Part shown: positions 1 to 14,200 of the stretch, in pieces
How the letters are laid out: every line of letters starts with the position of its first letter
Numbering within the stretch: position 1 is the first letter of the stretch
Assembly (NCBI GenBank): GCA_051294375.1
Contig: CM119264.1
Span: 22,965,826-23,029,825, forward strand
DNA: 64,000 nt
Origin: Paraspadella gotoi
Lineage: Eukaryota; Animalia; Chaetognatha
Direction of reading: 5' to 3'
Translations under genes and position numbers: made by a program
The notes under the pieces: model-generated
The model's database searches: none
The model's input: only the letters and a program-made list of their open reading frames with translations
Told to the model about the DNA's origin: nothing

Positions 1-281
1 AAAGACAAGTGGATATTTTCAGTCATAAGAGAGAAACAAAAAGGGTTATTTCTTCCTAAGAACTTTTTCGTTCTCAGACTAAGAGCCGAATCAATTAAGT
101 CATTCATTTAATTTCCTAATGAACTTCGATGCCCCTTTTTTCGCTCAAGGTCAGCGATAAAAGCTACAATCTTGAGGTCGAAGGTGACAAAAAAGGAAAT
201 AGCAAATGGCGCCATCTTTTTACTTTTAATTTTTGCAAACGTTGCATCAATGTTTCTTACCACTTTTTTAATAGAAATATT

Positions 282-398
<117 letters not shown>

Positions 399-1287
399 TC
401 AGTAGTCGATCTGTGGTCAATCGCGGGACCAGAACAGCGAAAGAGAGATTTCAAGGACGTCTCTCTCGTCATACATAGTTATAGAGATATTTAAATATTT
501 AAATTTAAATTTAAAACTACAGAGGGTCGCTCTTTAAAAAGAAATAGTTATCTTTAATATCGTTTTGAAACCAGGACCAAGCCAGCAAGTGACGGGGACC
601 GCAAGAGGACAAGCGCCGCAAAACAAAAGGCTTCGGAGATGGGCGCTACTCGATAGTTCCGGGCCGCCCGGTGGAGTCGACTATTTGGAGAGAGGAGATG
701 ATAGTCGGGCGGCGCCGCGGCGGGAAAAAAACGATTAGCGGCGCCGCGACGATTAGCGGCGCCGGTCCTCATTAGCGCCGCAAAGATGACTCTTCGAATT
801 CACAGGCAGGAGGCGTTGGCGGCGGCGGTGGAGTCCCGAGAACGATTCGCTCGATTCATTCTTTCTATTCTTCTTCGTCGTTATTATCACTGTTATCATC
901 ATCATTATCATTATCGGCAATAGCACGGTGTTCATTTAAGTCGTCGTCGTAGTCGTCGTCGTCGTAGTCGTCGTCGTCGTTGTCGTCCTTTTATGATCGT
1001 ATTCGTCTTCTTTCTCGTTGAGATTGTCAATATTTCCACCATTACTCGTCATTATCGCGCCAATTTTTGATGACTTCGTTCAATTACGTATTAGTTTATT
1101 TAAAAAATTCTTGTGACTGGGAATTTTGACTTAATGTCGACTTTCGAAAGAGAAACCCTTCGAGAATAAATCTTGCTTAACGCAAATATACGTAAAACAA
1201 ATTCAAACTTATCTTGCTCGATCCTAACTTGTGGATATTAACCCTCCCTGGTAAACAGCAATGGTCACAAAAACGTTTTCAATATTT

Positions 1288-1342
<55 letters not shown>

Positions 1343-1352
1343 GGAGAGAGAG

Positions 1353-1385
<33 letters not shown>

Positions 1386-2020
1386 GCCCAATCTAAAAAA
1401 AGAAAAGTGAGGCCACGTGATGCTGAGAGGAAGCGGAGCCGAGGAGGCAGTCACTACGGTAAAGTAGGTTTTTGCTTCTTTAAAAAGTTAAATATAAGTG
1501 TTGGAAGCAAAAAAAAAAAAAAAATCGGATTCACGTGGACGGACATTGATCTTCAATAATAGTCGAACAAATTAAAAATAAAATTAATGCTTTAAAGATA
1601 AAAAATATAATAGAATTACAAGTTAATAAATATAAGCTTTACCAAGAATGAGGACAAGTATAAATATATTAAAAATATTTTTTTTTCAAAATCATTTTTT
1701 CTACTAAATTTCCAAGTTAACGAATTTTAATTAACATATGTGCACATTGTGCTGTAAACAATAAAAATTTTATTTTCGAGCTCAAATCATCCAAAGCGCA
1801 AGTTTTCGTTCGCTACGCCTCTATCTAACCGGAGTGCCTTCACGAGTTGCGTTAACCTCCTCTTCCTCCCATTCCTCCTCCTCCTCATTCTCCACTTTTC
1901 CTTTTTTTTCTTTCTTCCTCCTCCTTTCCTTTTTCCTCCCTTCCTCCTCTTTTTCCTTCACTTCGCGAAACTAGGCGATCCTTTCCCGCTTTAAGCTTCG
2001 ACGTAGACCATTTACGCTTT

Positions 2021-2034
2021 GCTGCCATGGAAAC
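2021..2034. promoter_or_regulatory. RFX X-box-like site
   Basis: GCTGCCATGGAAAC, one mismatch to consensus. Confidence 0.35.
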
Positions 2035-2067
2035 GACGGGAGCGTTTCTTTTTCGTTAACAACGCTA

Positions 2068-2122
<55 letters not shown>

Positions 2123-2125
2123 TTG

Positions 2126-2156
<31 letters not shown>

Positions 2157-2704
2157 GCTTTCTTTTTCGTTCTCTTTTTTTAATGGATAGTTAAAAACAA
2201 ATAGGAACGACGATCCTCGATTTCTTTTTGTTCTTTTGAATCGCAGTCTTTTAAATATTTATACAAATTAAAATAAAGAAAAAAAAGAACTGACAGAATA
2301 CGCGCGGCGAAAAATTCCATTTTAAAATGTTTTTTTTACGTAACTCGTAAACTTACATTTCACTTTAGACACTCCGATAAATATGTCAATAATTCCATAT
2401 CTGGGATACGTCTGCTTGACATCTCAAATCTCAATACTGATATCATGATATCGGTGTCGGTAAAAAACAGTGGGCCTCGCTCTTTTTTTCCCTCCCTGTA
2501 TTTCTCTCTTTCTTCGCTCTATCTCTCTCGCGCTCACATTTTCACAAGGGATTATTTCTCCTCGTGTGATTTAAGCGGAAAAAACAGAGCGAAAGATTCG
2601 TATCCTTAAATTTATTTTCTTTTCTCTTCTGTTTGTCGATTATAGAGACTATGAGAGAGAGAGAGGGAGAGGAGAGGAGAGAAGAGAGAGAGAGAAAAGA
2701 GAGA

Positions 2705-2753
<49 letters not shown>

Positions 2754-2885
2754 AATGAAACGGAGACAACAGCTGTGGGTGGGCGTGGCATCCGGTTGTG
2801 GGCGAAGTCGTGGCAACGGGGCAAAAAGGTTGAAGTCGGAGGTTTTGAGATATGAGCCTTAAAATCTCTCTCTGTTTTGAGGAGC

Positions 2886-2920
<35 letters not shown>

Positions 2921-2948
2921 AGAAGAGAGAGAGAGAGAGAGAGAGAAA

Positions 2949-2986
<38 letters not shown>

Positions 2987-3133
2987 AATCTCTCTCTGTT
3001 TGGAGAACCGGCGGGGAGAGACGCGTCGTTTAAACGAAATCCCTTTGGCAGGAGAAAGAGGGAGAGCAACAGCGAGAGGAGAGAGATTGTGTGTGTGAGA
3101 GAGCAGAAAGAGAGCAGAGAAGAGAGGAGAGAG

Positions 3134-3165
<32 letters not shown>

Positions 3166-3170
3166 TGAGA

Positions 3171-3201
<31 letters not shown>

Positions 3202-3836
3202 AAATGAGAGATAACTAATTTTATATGCTAAAAAATAAAAAAATATTTTGCTTGTAGCATTGTAAATTAGCCAAAAGTTTTAAGCAAAACAAACAATTTA
3301 AGCAAAGGAGACAGCCACGAAAAAATCTACGTATATGTCATTTGAAACTAATGCGTAAATAAAATTGCAAAAGCAACATAAAGAGAAAAATAAAAACTGT
3401 AGAAAACAAACTAGAATACAAAAGAAACAAATAAAAGAATCTTGAAGAAGAATCGAAGCATCCAAACATCAACAACAAATAAACTAATCAAAACATCCTG
3501 AAAAAAAGACAACTAGAGATATAAAGGGAAAGAAGGAAACAACCGAAAACATCTCGGGAAAGAAGAAAAACAACCTTAAACACCCTTGGATTGGAAAGAA
3601 ACATCTGAAAACATCCTCGATATAAATAGAAACGTCCTCTTCGGAAAGAAGAGGAAACATTCTGGGGAAAAAACCTCAACAACGAAGGAGAGAAAGAGAA
3701 AACATCTGATTACGAGTTTCGGGGAAGAAAACGGCGACGGGCGACGCCGTCTTTTGTTTGGGTCGGAGATAAAAGGAAACGCGCAGTAAATCTGCGGCGC
3801 TGCTCGGAAGATGGCGCTGCTTTATCTCTGCTCGGG

Positions 3837-3896
<60 letters not shown>

Positions 3897-4585
3897 AGAA
3901 CTGAATATTAATCTCGAGAACTGAGCTAATCTTCTGAGGAAAGGACGGAATATTAATCGCTGAAACAAAACTAATCGTTACAATAAACAGAATACTAATC
4001 TCGCTAACGAAGCTAATCAAGCGGAGAAAAACCCCGAGATACTAATCTTAAGACAAATGTCTTGTCAGTTGAGGCAACGACCGCATATAAATTTTGCACA
4101 CGAGGTAATTTACAAGAAAGAAAATGTCTTTAGTCGCAGCTTAAGCTAAAAATTTATTTGTTCAAAGCTATATGACTAAATGTGACAAAAGCATAAATCA
4201 ACTTGTAGTCGAAGAATGTAAATCCGCCCTGATAAGGCGAGGCGATAAAGCTTTAGGTGTATTTCTGACGACGCGAAAAGAGCGAGCAAATCCCGTGACC
4301 TTTCTGTGAATCTCTCACTTCACGCAAAGAGAGGGTAAAGCTAGAGTTTTTTTAAGTTTCTTACTTAACACTAAATTCGAGCAAGGACAGAGTTCTTTTA
4401 TAAAATTCACACTTCACGCAAAGAGCGCGCAAGGCCAACGCTTTTTGTGAATCTCTCATTTTTAGCAGAAGCCTTTGGGCGTAAAAGATGCACTCAGGCT
4501 GAAGCTGACAGTCAGACGAGGAAACGGAGGAAAAAAGCGGTTGAACCTTGAAGCTGAGAAATCCTTCTTTCTTTCTTTCTATCTT

Positions 4586-4636
<51 letters not shown>

Positions 4637-4924
4637 CTCCTCTGAACTCCATCTCTCTCCCTCTCTCTCTCTTCGCTTTGCAAAATATGAAAATCTTCGT
4701 CCTCGAACGGAATCGAAGGGAGAGTGATTCGAGTCCCTGAGGGAAGGACAAAAATTATTATTTTTTCGTTGGATATTTAATGTATTAGAAACAAGAACAT
4801 TTCAATACGCTTTCATTTCGATAACATCATTTCATGTTTGTAAGAGTTACATCTATATTCTTTCTTGACTGTAATCTTTTTTACCTCATGAAAAAATAAA
4901 TAAGAACATTTTAAATTTTATACG

Positions 4925-4997
4925 TAGAGGCAAAGTTTTTATTTAATTCAACGAGATTTTTATTTCGTTATTGAATTAAATAAAAACTTTGCCTCTA
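4925..4997. repeat. Perfect 27 bp inverted repeat (hairpin or MITE-like)
   Basis: TAGAGGCAAAGTTTTTATTTAATTCAA ... TTGAATTAAATAAAAACTTTGCCTCTA, with TA at both ends. Confidence 0.85.
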
Positions 4998-6699
4998 TTA
5001 ACAACCACAAATTATATACGTATAATATTATATAACTTATAAAATTCATTTTTCAACATGATTAATTCAAGGTTTCATTTTATTTATTTGTTGCTATTTA
5101 AGAATCAAAGACAGTTTTAAACCTAAGATGTTATTAAAATAGCATAGCTCAACTCAGATGAGTCTCGATTCTTGAATTCTGAGACTCGTGGGGATATGGG
5201 GGTGAGCGGGGGAAGAGGGGGGGTAGTGGGGTGTTAGGAGTAAACAATCCAAAAAATTCTTTCCCATTTTTTTTTCGTGTCCACGCCTTTTCTCTGATTT
5301 CAACCGCAAAGTTATTTCCCCTTATTTTCCTTTTTTTTATTTTCTTTCCTCCTTCGTTCTCCTCAATCATCCTGATTCTTTTTTCCTCATTTCTTTCCTT
5401 TCCTCCGTTTTTTTTCTCAATCTCAATCTTCTCTCATCTTCCCTAATCTCGCGTCTTCACTCCGACCTTTCCTTTCCTCCCCTGTTCTCTCGTCTCTATC
5501 CCAATCTCCGTCCAATCTTTGTTTTTTGTCTTCGTTAAATCGACTTCGATTTCCGCCAAAACAGTTTCGCGATTTCGTTTGAAAAAAAAAGATGCGAAAA
5601 ACAAAAAACAAACCAAAAAAAAAATATGAAGAGAAAACAGAAAAGTTCCCCAAACAACGTTCGATGCGTAATTTAAAAAGAACTTAGCAAACGTTTTATA
5701 ATATTTTTTTAACATTCGCACAAACAGAAACTTATGAGTTTTAATTTGCATCCTGCAGCTGTCCACGAGCCGATATGGTCAATGAAATATCGCATTGAAG
5801 GTCACGAGTTTTTTCCAATATTTTTGCCAAATGCCGCGAACCAACATTTCCCACATTTCTTATTCTTTCTTCTTGCTTCTACATTCTCTATTTTCTTTCA
5901 TCCCTCTTTAATTTTTCATCTTCTCTTTAATATTTTCTCAATCTTTCAAACTCTTGTATTTCTTTCTTATTTTTTCCTTTTTCTTTTTTCTTTTCCCTTG
6001 TTCCTTTTTTCCTTCCCCATATTTTCCTTGAATTATTCCACTTCTTCGTCTCCCGAATTCCATTTTTATTCCAAAAGTGATTTTCGCCGCAGGATTTTGC
6101 TTCGACGCCGTCGTAGTCGTTGACGGCGCCACGGTCGGCAGTTATGGCGCCGGAGACGGCAGTTATGGCGCTGCAGACGGCAGATATATAGCGCCGCTAA
6201 AAGACGATGATGTCACCGCAGTTTTCGACGAAAGAGGCAACGATGGCGTCGGATGGCACCGAGAATTTATCTTTTTCGGCTCCATTGATAAATCCTGATT
6301 TTTTTTTCTGGTTCCGATTTGAGAAAAGGAAAATCGCAACGGGAGTCGTCGCCTTTTTGGTCGTCGTCGTCGTCGTCGTCGTCGTCGCTGTCGCCGTCTC
6401 AAAGATGATAAGTTAAATGTTTTAAACAGAGATTGAGTTCAATCCTCATCGTCAGATCACTTATGTTGCTTCGTAGAAAGGTACTAACTGCTTATTGTTA
6501 AAATAACTGATAAGAATTAAACGAGCGGTTGAATCATTGACTCGACTAAGGCAATTTCATTTTTTTCCCCCGTTTAATTTCATTGACAATAAATAAATTA
6601 AACAGACTCGATTTTAAAATTAGGGATATCATCAATATTTACATAATTTTTATTTTCATGAACAATTAAATGTACAAAAATCTAACTCTCGTATTCATC

Positions 6700-9077
6700 T
6701 CATCTCACGGCCCTGGCCGTCACAAGATAATGCCCAGGCACACGAACGCCCGGCTTTCGTCCTTCCATTTCGGGAAGCCGGGAACCCTCGGCCATCTGCA
6801 AGCGTACCCGTTGCAACAGCCTGATCAGAAAGACGAAGAGTTCGAGGCGAGCGAGTTTCTCTCCCAGACAGCGACGAGCACCGAAGCTGAAGGGAATCAG
6901 ATTTTCGTTCTTCTGATATTTTCCGTCCGAGTCGAGAAATCGTTCGGGGCGGAACTGAGTCGGGTCCGGCCAAAGATCCGGGTCGTGGTGTATTCCCCAC
7001 AGATTGACCAGGATCACCTGGGAAAAGGAAAAAAAAGATATGTGGTAAATAAATCAATTTAATAACAAACTTGATTTTAGATCGCCTTTTTTCACCTCAT
7101 CGTTGGGCACGTCGTAGCCTGCCAGTTTGGCGACGGGCACTATGGGCCTGTGATGCGAGGTGTGATCCAAAACGGTCGATCTCCGCAACACCTCGTCCGT
7201 GAAGGCCTGGAGATAGTGGAAGCGGCCGAGAGCGACAATAGAGGGGGCTGCGTCGGAGCCCAACACCTCCTCGATCTCTCGCACCAGTTTCTCTCGGACG
7301 TCGGGGCGATGAAGAAGCCAGGCGATGGCCCATGTGAGGGCGGAGGAAGTCGTGTCGGTTCCCGCTAGGAACAGATCTTAAAGAAAATCGGAGATGTATT
7401 ACAAGATTCGAATCAGAAATTGTCGTCATTAAATCTCATGGATCACAGATTCAGGCCGGTTACTTATTAAGTCGTTCATTCACCTTGAATGGCCTGGTGG
7501 ACGTTTTCGTCCGACAAGTGTTCCGCGTTCGGCAGCCTCTCTCGCTCGGCGATGAGGGCGTCGACGAAGTCACGTGGTTCGTCGGGGTTGAGCGATGCCC
7601 GATGCTCTTTTATTGATTCGCGGATGAAATTTCTTACGAAAGATTTCGCTTCGATCGCCGCCTTTAATTTCCTTGTTGGGAACAATTTCATAAGGAAGGG
7701 AAAGGCGTTGTAGATCGGATGCATGACCAGGTAGATGAAGCCTTCCAAGTAGGCCTTCAGGCGATCGTGGATGGGCGAGGGTTGGCCGATCTCCGTGCGA
7801 ATGTTGAAGACTGGATGATTTGAAAAATAAAAGGCTTTCGAATTTTGACCGACTTAAAACCAATGATCGACCGACCGACCGATTCCTCACCGACGTTCGA
7901 GATGACGTTTGAGACGGCAATGCGGATCATGACGGCGGGATCGAAGGCGTCGCCGCGGGTGTTGAGCATCTCCTCAACCAGCGCGTCCGCCTCTGCCAAG
8001 ACTTTGTCCTGCATCTGCACTCGACCGAATCCCATCGAGGACAAAGTGGTTAAAGTGAATCGGTGAAGTTCTTTCCACGAGGGATTCCATGATTGGTTGA
8101 TGATCCCTTTCATTTGGGGGTTGAGGCTCAGCTGGCCTTGATGGTCGGGGATTAAGTAATAGTTGGTGATAAACCTCGTGGGGGAGGTTTTCAAAAAATT
8201 TGAAGGTTTGAATGAAAATATTCAAAGATGGTTTAGGTACAATTGAAGACGTGAAAAAGAGTAACGGGAAAAATACGATTGTACTTATTGAACTTACCAT
8301 TACAAACTTACCCGCGTTTTTCCGCGTCTCACGTCCAGCGAAATCCCGATCGGCCAACATTTCCTTGGCTATTTTTATATCGTTGATGATGATGAAGAGG
8401 GACTTTAACGTAAAAATTAATAATTAATAGTTAATAATTAATAATTAATAATAGTAAAAATTAATTAAATTTCTCTCGATATTCTATATTTTTATATCAT
8501 AAAAATGTGTAATTGGCAAGTGACCGTTTTCAAATTAGATACTACAATTATATTTTAAATGAAACCTAAAATTATTTTTAAAATCTGAATAACAAAGTTT
8601 GATTTTATTTTTGCAACGAATTATATTGTTACAAGAGCAGACATGAAGGCTCGTACTGTGAGCCGAAACATGTCTGCTCTTGTAACAATAAAATTCGTTG
8701 AAAAAAAAAATAAAATCAAACTTTGTTAATCTCTCAAACAACGAAAAAAGAAAGGATAATTCCCATAAAATCTGAATAATAACTGGAGGTTTTTTTAACA
8801 ATTCATAGTAATAATTACTGATTGACTTTCCCTTAAAGCGGAAGAGGCGGAAGTTAAAAACGGGTCCGAAATCCTTTCGCCAAGAAAATAGAGTTTTGGT
8901 CAACTGGTCGAGCGGAATGCGCGAGTTTCCCCAGAGCCAATGGCCGGGCGGCCCGGAGGGAACCGTGCATCTCGCTCGGGCGTTGAAGACGCGATTGGGG
9001 ACGATGGAAACGACGACGGCGACGACCGCGGAGACGACGACGGCGAAAGCGATTGGGGTCGTGATTGAATCGAACAT
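6700..9077 (-). CDS. Cytochrome P450, clan 2 (CYP2-like), 6 exons, 502 aa
   Basis: Exons complement(join(6700-7017,7096-7376,7484-7810,7891-8136,8312-8402,8832-9077)) = 1509 nt, in frame. N-terminal TM anchor then PSGPPG, C-helix WKELHRF, I-helix DLFLAGTDTT, K-helix EVLR, PERF, heme motif FSFGARRCLGE. Intron 1 is GG-AG; introns 2-5 are GT-AG. Confidence 0.93.
8403..8831 (-). other. Non-canonical GG-AG intron (CYP intron 1)
   Basis: TTTAAG|GGAAAGT...cgttaaag|TCC CTC TTC joins GPVFNFRLFRFK to SLFIIINDIKIAKEML, matching the CYP2 GPVF...VVLN...KEAL segment. Confidence 0.7.
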
Positions 9078-10470
9078 TGTTCGTTGTTTTTATACAAAAA
9101 AGTTAGTTTTTCTTTTCCTTTTCTATTACAAAAAAGTTGAAATGTGTAAACGAAAAAAATAATGTTTAAGTCTCTCCTCTTCCATTCGTTAAATACAGTT
9201 CGCTAAATAAATTTATAAAGTGAAGTAAAATTTAAAAAAAAATGTCTGTTTGAACAATTCCTTTAGGATCTTGAAGGGTTTTTTTTTACTGAGATAAACA
9301 TCGGGAGCAGACGAACTGGGTTGGCTCCAAAAGGAAAAATCTTCGAACTAAAACCAAATCAATTTTGATCTCATTAAAGATGAAAAACTCGAAGCAAAAT
9401 TCGATTTCAAAAATACGTTTTAAGCTGAACAGGTTTGTCCGCTTTTGTCAATGTCAGTTAGAACTTGGGCTTGGATTAGGTTAATAATACATTTATAATG
9501 TAATAAATTAAAAAAGATAATTATTTTAGTTAACTATTCATATATACCCAACAATAAAAAAGTGCTCTTCGACATCGATTTAAACGAAACAACATCATTC
9601 TTTTAAAGATTATTTAAAAGATTTAAAAAATTATAATAGATTTAAAGATTATATAAAAGCAAAGATAATCTGAATCTCTTTCCATCGATGAAAAACAACA
9701 CACTTGCGTTGGCGTGAGGTCGCAGTTATTACGGTTATAACGGGTATAACCAAAACAGTGAATAATTTAGGGTCGGTTTAATAATTTATCAATTATGATA
9801 AAATTACGGTAAAATTATGCAAGAAAATTTGAATTTTTATAAAGAAGTTTAGAGCTTGACAACAACACGGGTGATTTAAATAAAAGAAAAAAACGAAACT
9901 AAAAAAAAAATAAGGGGAAAAATGAAAAATGAAGAGAGAAAAAGAAAAAGAAAAAAAAAGGGATAAAGGGATAACAGGAAAGAATCGCAATTGGGAAAAG
10001 TGAGACGCGATTTAGTTTCGACACAAGAAGCATTTTTAGCCACGCAATTTTTTCCTTCTTTTCTTTTCAAACTTTTCTCATCTTTCTTTCTCTAACCTTT
10101 CTTTCTCTAACCTTTCTTTCTCTAACCTTTCTAACTCCGGACGTACTATTTTCGTTTCTCCGTTTTCTGCTCCTTGAATTCCATTTTTCTCCGCCTCTCT
10201 TTTCACTTTCCCTATCTTATCAACTGAGATTTTTTTGTCGCGTATTTTTTAATATTAACTTTTTTGGTTTATCGTTTTAATTTTTTACTCCCACTGGCCT
10301 CCATGTTAGAGGCAGAGAACAAAAGAGACAGAGAGATGAAGGGCCAGAGCGAGAGAAAGAGAGAGAGAGTTTGAGTTGAACCAGTTGACGATTCTTAATC
10401 GCTAAGCAAATTAAAATTCAAGCGCTCTATCCATATACTTTCTCTCTCTCTCTCTCTCTCTCTCCTCGGT

Positions 10471-10508
<38 letters not shown>

Positions 10509-11038
10509 CACTCTCTCTCTCTCCTCTTGCTTCGCTTGCACATTTCTCTCAACGTCACAACCGCATTTTGGTGGAGGGAGGTCCATATGCCCACCGGTTT
10601 GAGCCAAAGGCGGCATCGGATTTGCATGAGGAAAATAAAGAAAAAATATAAAAGAGAGAAGAGAGAAGAGAGAGAGAGAGAGAGAGAGAATGAGTTTTGA
10701 AAGATTTTACTATGTTGTCAAAGAATTCATGGACAAAGGGATTATCTTTTATCCTTTTTGAAAAATTGTAATTTAATCTGATCCATACAATACAAATTTC
10801 TCTACTCTAGTCTCTCTCTCTCGCTCTTAGTCTCTCAAACTCTCTCACCCTCTTACTGACACACGTCAAATCTTTCCGATAGAGAAATATGATAATAAAA
10901 AAGCGCCGATTGGAGGGAGAGAAAGAAAGAGAGAGACTTTTGTTGAGTTACGAGGAGCCGAGGAAAGGAGGTGAAAGAATGAGACGAGATGAAGACAGAG
11001 CGAGGAGGAGGAGACGAGAGAGAGAGACGGAGATGAGA

Positions 11039-11087
<49 letters not shown>

Positions 11088-11256
11088 ACTTGCGCATTTA
11101 AATATTCATCAAATTCTATATGAGGACTAATAGGAAAAGACTAATTAATACTTGTAGGTATGTCATATGAGAGTAATAATTTTTGACAAATTAACGAACT
11201 TATTTGTGTGAGAAGGTGTTACGTGGGCGAGNNNNNNNNNNNNNNNNNNNNNNNNN

Positions 11257-14200
11257 ACTTTTAGCCCGCATAAAGCAAGCAGTTTGAATTGAAATGCCGA
11301 CCTCTCTTAAACCACTGGTCAGCATTCCAGTACAAAAGACCAACAGTTAAACCTTGAACCAGCACTGACAAAGCAAAGTCATTAATACAAAATTTAAAAA
11401 TTATTTTAAAAAAATTCGATAATTTTTATTGTTAAAATTCTTCTTTCAGACCGACTGGGGTTTTGGCGTTTTTTGAAAACTATTTAAAATATTATTTAAT
11501 ACATTTCTTTAATAAAAATTATTACCAATTACCCTTCAACCATTAAAACCTTCTAATCGCTAATATCCGGTCGGTAAAAGTAAAATAATGCATTTGTATT
11601 TTTTTTTTAAACAGTTATATCTATGCTTTTATATACTTTTCCCTATTGACCATTCGACTGATTTTTTCATGAAGAAATGATAAATTTTCTCCCGAAATTC
11701 CGAGAGTAAGACTCGCCGAAAGACGGAGCGTCAAAGGACGAGACAGAGTCGAGAAAGAGAAGGAAGAGAATCCTCTTCCTTCGCGGCAAAGACGAGCGAA
11801 TCATGCGAGCGGAACTTACTCCCCGCCGGAGGAAAGTCCCGCGGCTGAAGTTCCGCGCTGGACCATATCGTCGTCGAGGATAGTGGAGGGAAAGTCTTTT
11901 TACCATATGGCCCTGCGGAGGAGAGAGAGAGAGAGAAGAGCAAGAGAGAGAACGAGATCGAGAGAGGAGAGAGAGAAAGCGAATTAAGGAGGCTAAGTAA
12001 TTAGCGACCCGCCCGTGGATATCGGAGAACAAATAAAAAGGAAAGTAAGTTATTTCTCGTCCTTTTCCTTCCAACATGAATCGATTCTATTGGTCGAGCG
12101 AAGCGAAAAGCGTCTTGGAGATGTGCTTGGCAACTTATTAAGGTAGGCGTGGCTGTTTTTGAAGATGAGCGTGGCAGCTCAAGTGGTAGCCGAAACAGCT
12201 TTTGTCGGAAAGTCAATCACAATTGGACACAACAACAATAACCATGAAAACAAAACTTTAGCTCATTTTTCGGCAACTATACTATTTCTACATCATAAGT
12301 AATGAAATGCTAATATCAATGATAATGACAACGTCACTGAGGGCGAGAAGCACGATTTTTCCGGCGATGGCTTCAGGGGCGGAAACAATAAGAAGCGCAA
12401 TAACAATAACCAAGTGTCAAAGTGGGCGAGAGAAAGAACGTGGGGCGATTCGAGGAAACGACTTCAGTCGGCGTCGCTTCAAATCAACGGACTTAGTATT
12501 CCTCTGCTGTTGAAGCAGCGGGAATCGCAGCAGCGGCGGCAACAGAGAAAACAGCAGCATGAACAGCAGCAATGGTGAAACGTTGACAAAATGAAAAGAC
12601 GAATTCTTCATTGACGACGACGTTAACGTCAGCGACACTGAGGTTAACGACGACGATGACGAGGATGGGGACAACCCTCGACCGCGAAGCGATCACGCCC
12701 CCTTCCGGTCGAGAGGCGTCCTTTTCACTTTAGGTTATCGACGCTCGGAGTCTCCACGATGACGTTGGTTGAGGTCGTTGTTGTTGTTTGTTGCCAGGTT
12801 ATATTTTTTGTCGAAATTTCGCAAACAAAAAACTCGACATTATTCGTAGATTCAACAATCAGCATTGGTGTCTTTTATTTTCCTTCTGTCGACATCTCTT
12901 CCTCTCTCTCTCTCTCTCTCTCTCCTCTCCTTCCCTCTTTTCCTCTTCGCAGAACGGCGTGAGCCACGATTCCTCACGTGACCTTTTTCTCGGACGATGA
13001 AGAATGTTTACCCATTTGACGGGCAGCGGGCGCTAATGGCCTCCGCGGCTGCCGCATCCGGGCGTCCGCTCCCGGCGTGAGGTGGAAGGGTGGTCCCCCT
13101 TTTTTTCCGCCTCTTTATTGCGGGAGGCTCGCTCTCCGGGCAGCCAATGTTTTCCACCTCATCGTCATGTCCCCCTCTTCCCTTGCTGGGTTAACATTAG
13201 AAAATTCCGTCCCCCCGGCTTATTACACCTGTTCGTTCTTTCCGCGAGGCAAAAAGGATCTTTTATTACCCAGGAAACAAATTTTGTTGTTAGGTTGTTA
13301 AGTAAGTCGGGGAATCCAGATGGTTTTGGTTTTCATTAGATCGGTTATATAATTACATTCATATGAATAAATGCTTAACTTTCCTGAACGCCGAAACCTT
13401 AACAAGCTAATCTCTCCATCTGTCCATTTATTTCGATCCGTTGTTTCATCAGTTAATCCATCTTCATCTCTCCATCTGTACATCTATTTCGATCCGTTAA
13501 TCGGTTAATATATCTCCATTTATCCATCTGTCCATTTATTTCCATCCGTGCGATATCTCTTCTTCATAAAAATGCCTCCCCCCTCTCTGTCCGTATCCAT
13601 TATCAATTACCAAGGCTTGTTAGCACACTAAAGCACTCCCACACTATTCGTTTTGCTCGACTTCAACACTTTCTTGACGATTCTATCACATCATCCTTTC
13701 ACACTTCTTCTTAGTTTATCACTTAATCACTTATCACTTATCTCCTGTTCAATACCTTCTTTCTCTCTGCATCATTTCACTCCTTCATCTCAATCTCTCA
13801 TCCATCGCCCCTTTCCCTCGGTTCCATCTTTTCTCCATCCACAAGAGATTCTGTTATGTTTTTTAGAGGAGCTCGTTTTCTATTTATACCCGGAGGCAGA
13901 AATCTCTCGGACAAGAGTAAATTTAAACAACTTAATAGCTAAAAATAAATCTTTCTCGATTATAAAATGAAACAAAACTGCGCTAACATATATATACAAA
14001 TACCGGTAGGCAAATTTTTGTTTCAAGTTAATCATAACAATCATGTTCATATTCATTTTACATTCTTTGCTTTTTAAAGCTGAACATTTTATATCTCAAT
14101 ACAACCAATTTTAAAGTGCCTAAGCGTTTGGGCATGAAATATTGAGACAATTCATTTTTATCGTAACATCGGCGAACTTTGTCCTGACCATCCTTCTCCA

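Noticed and set aside
710-782. Short GATTAGCGGCGCC repeats, and the 21 bp repeats at 6130-6185
   Set aside because: Two to three local tandem copies with no further structure.
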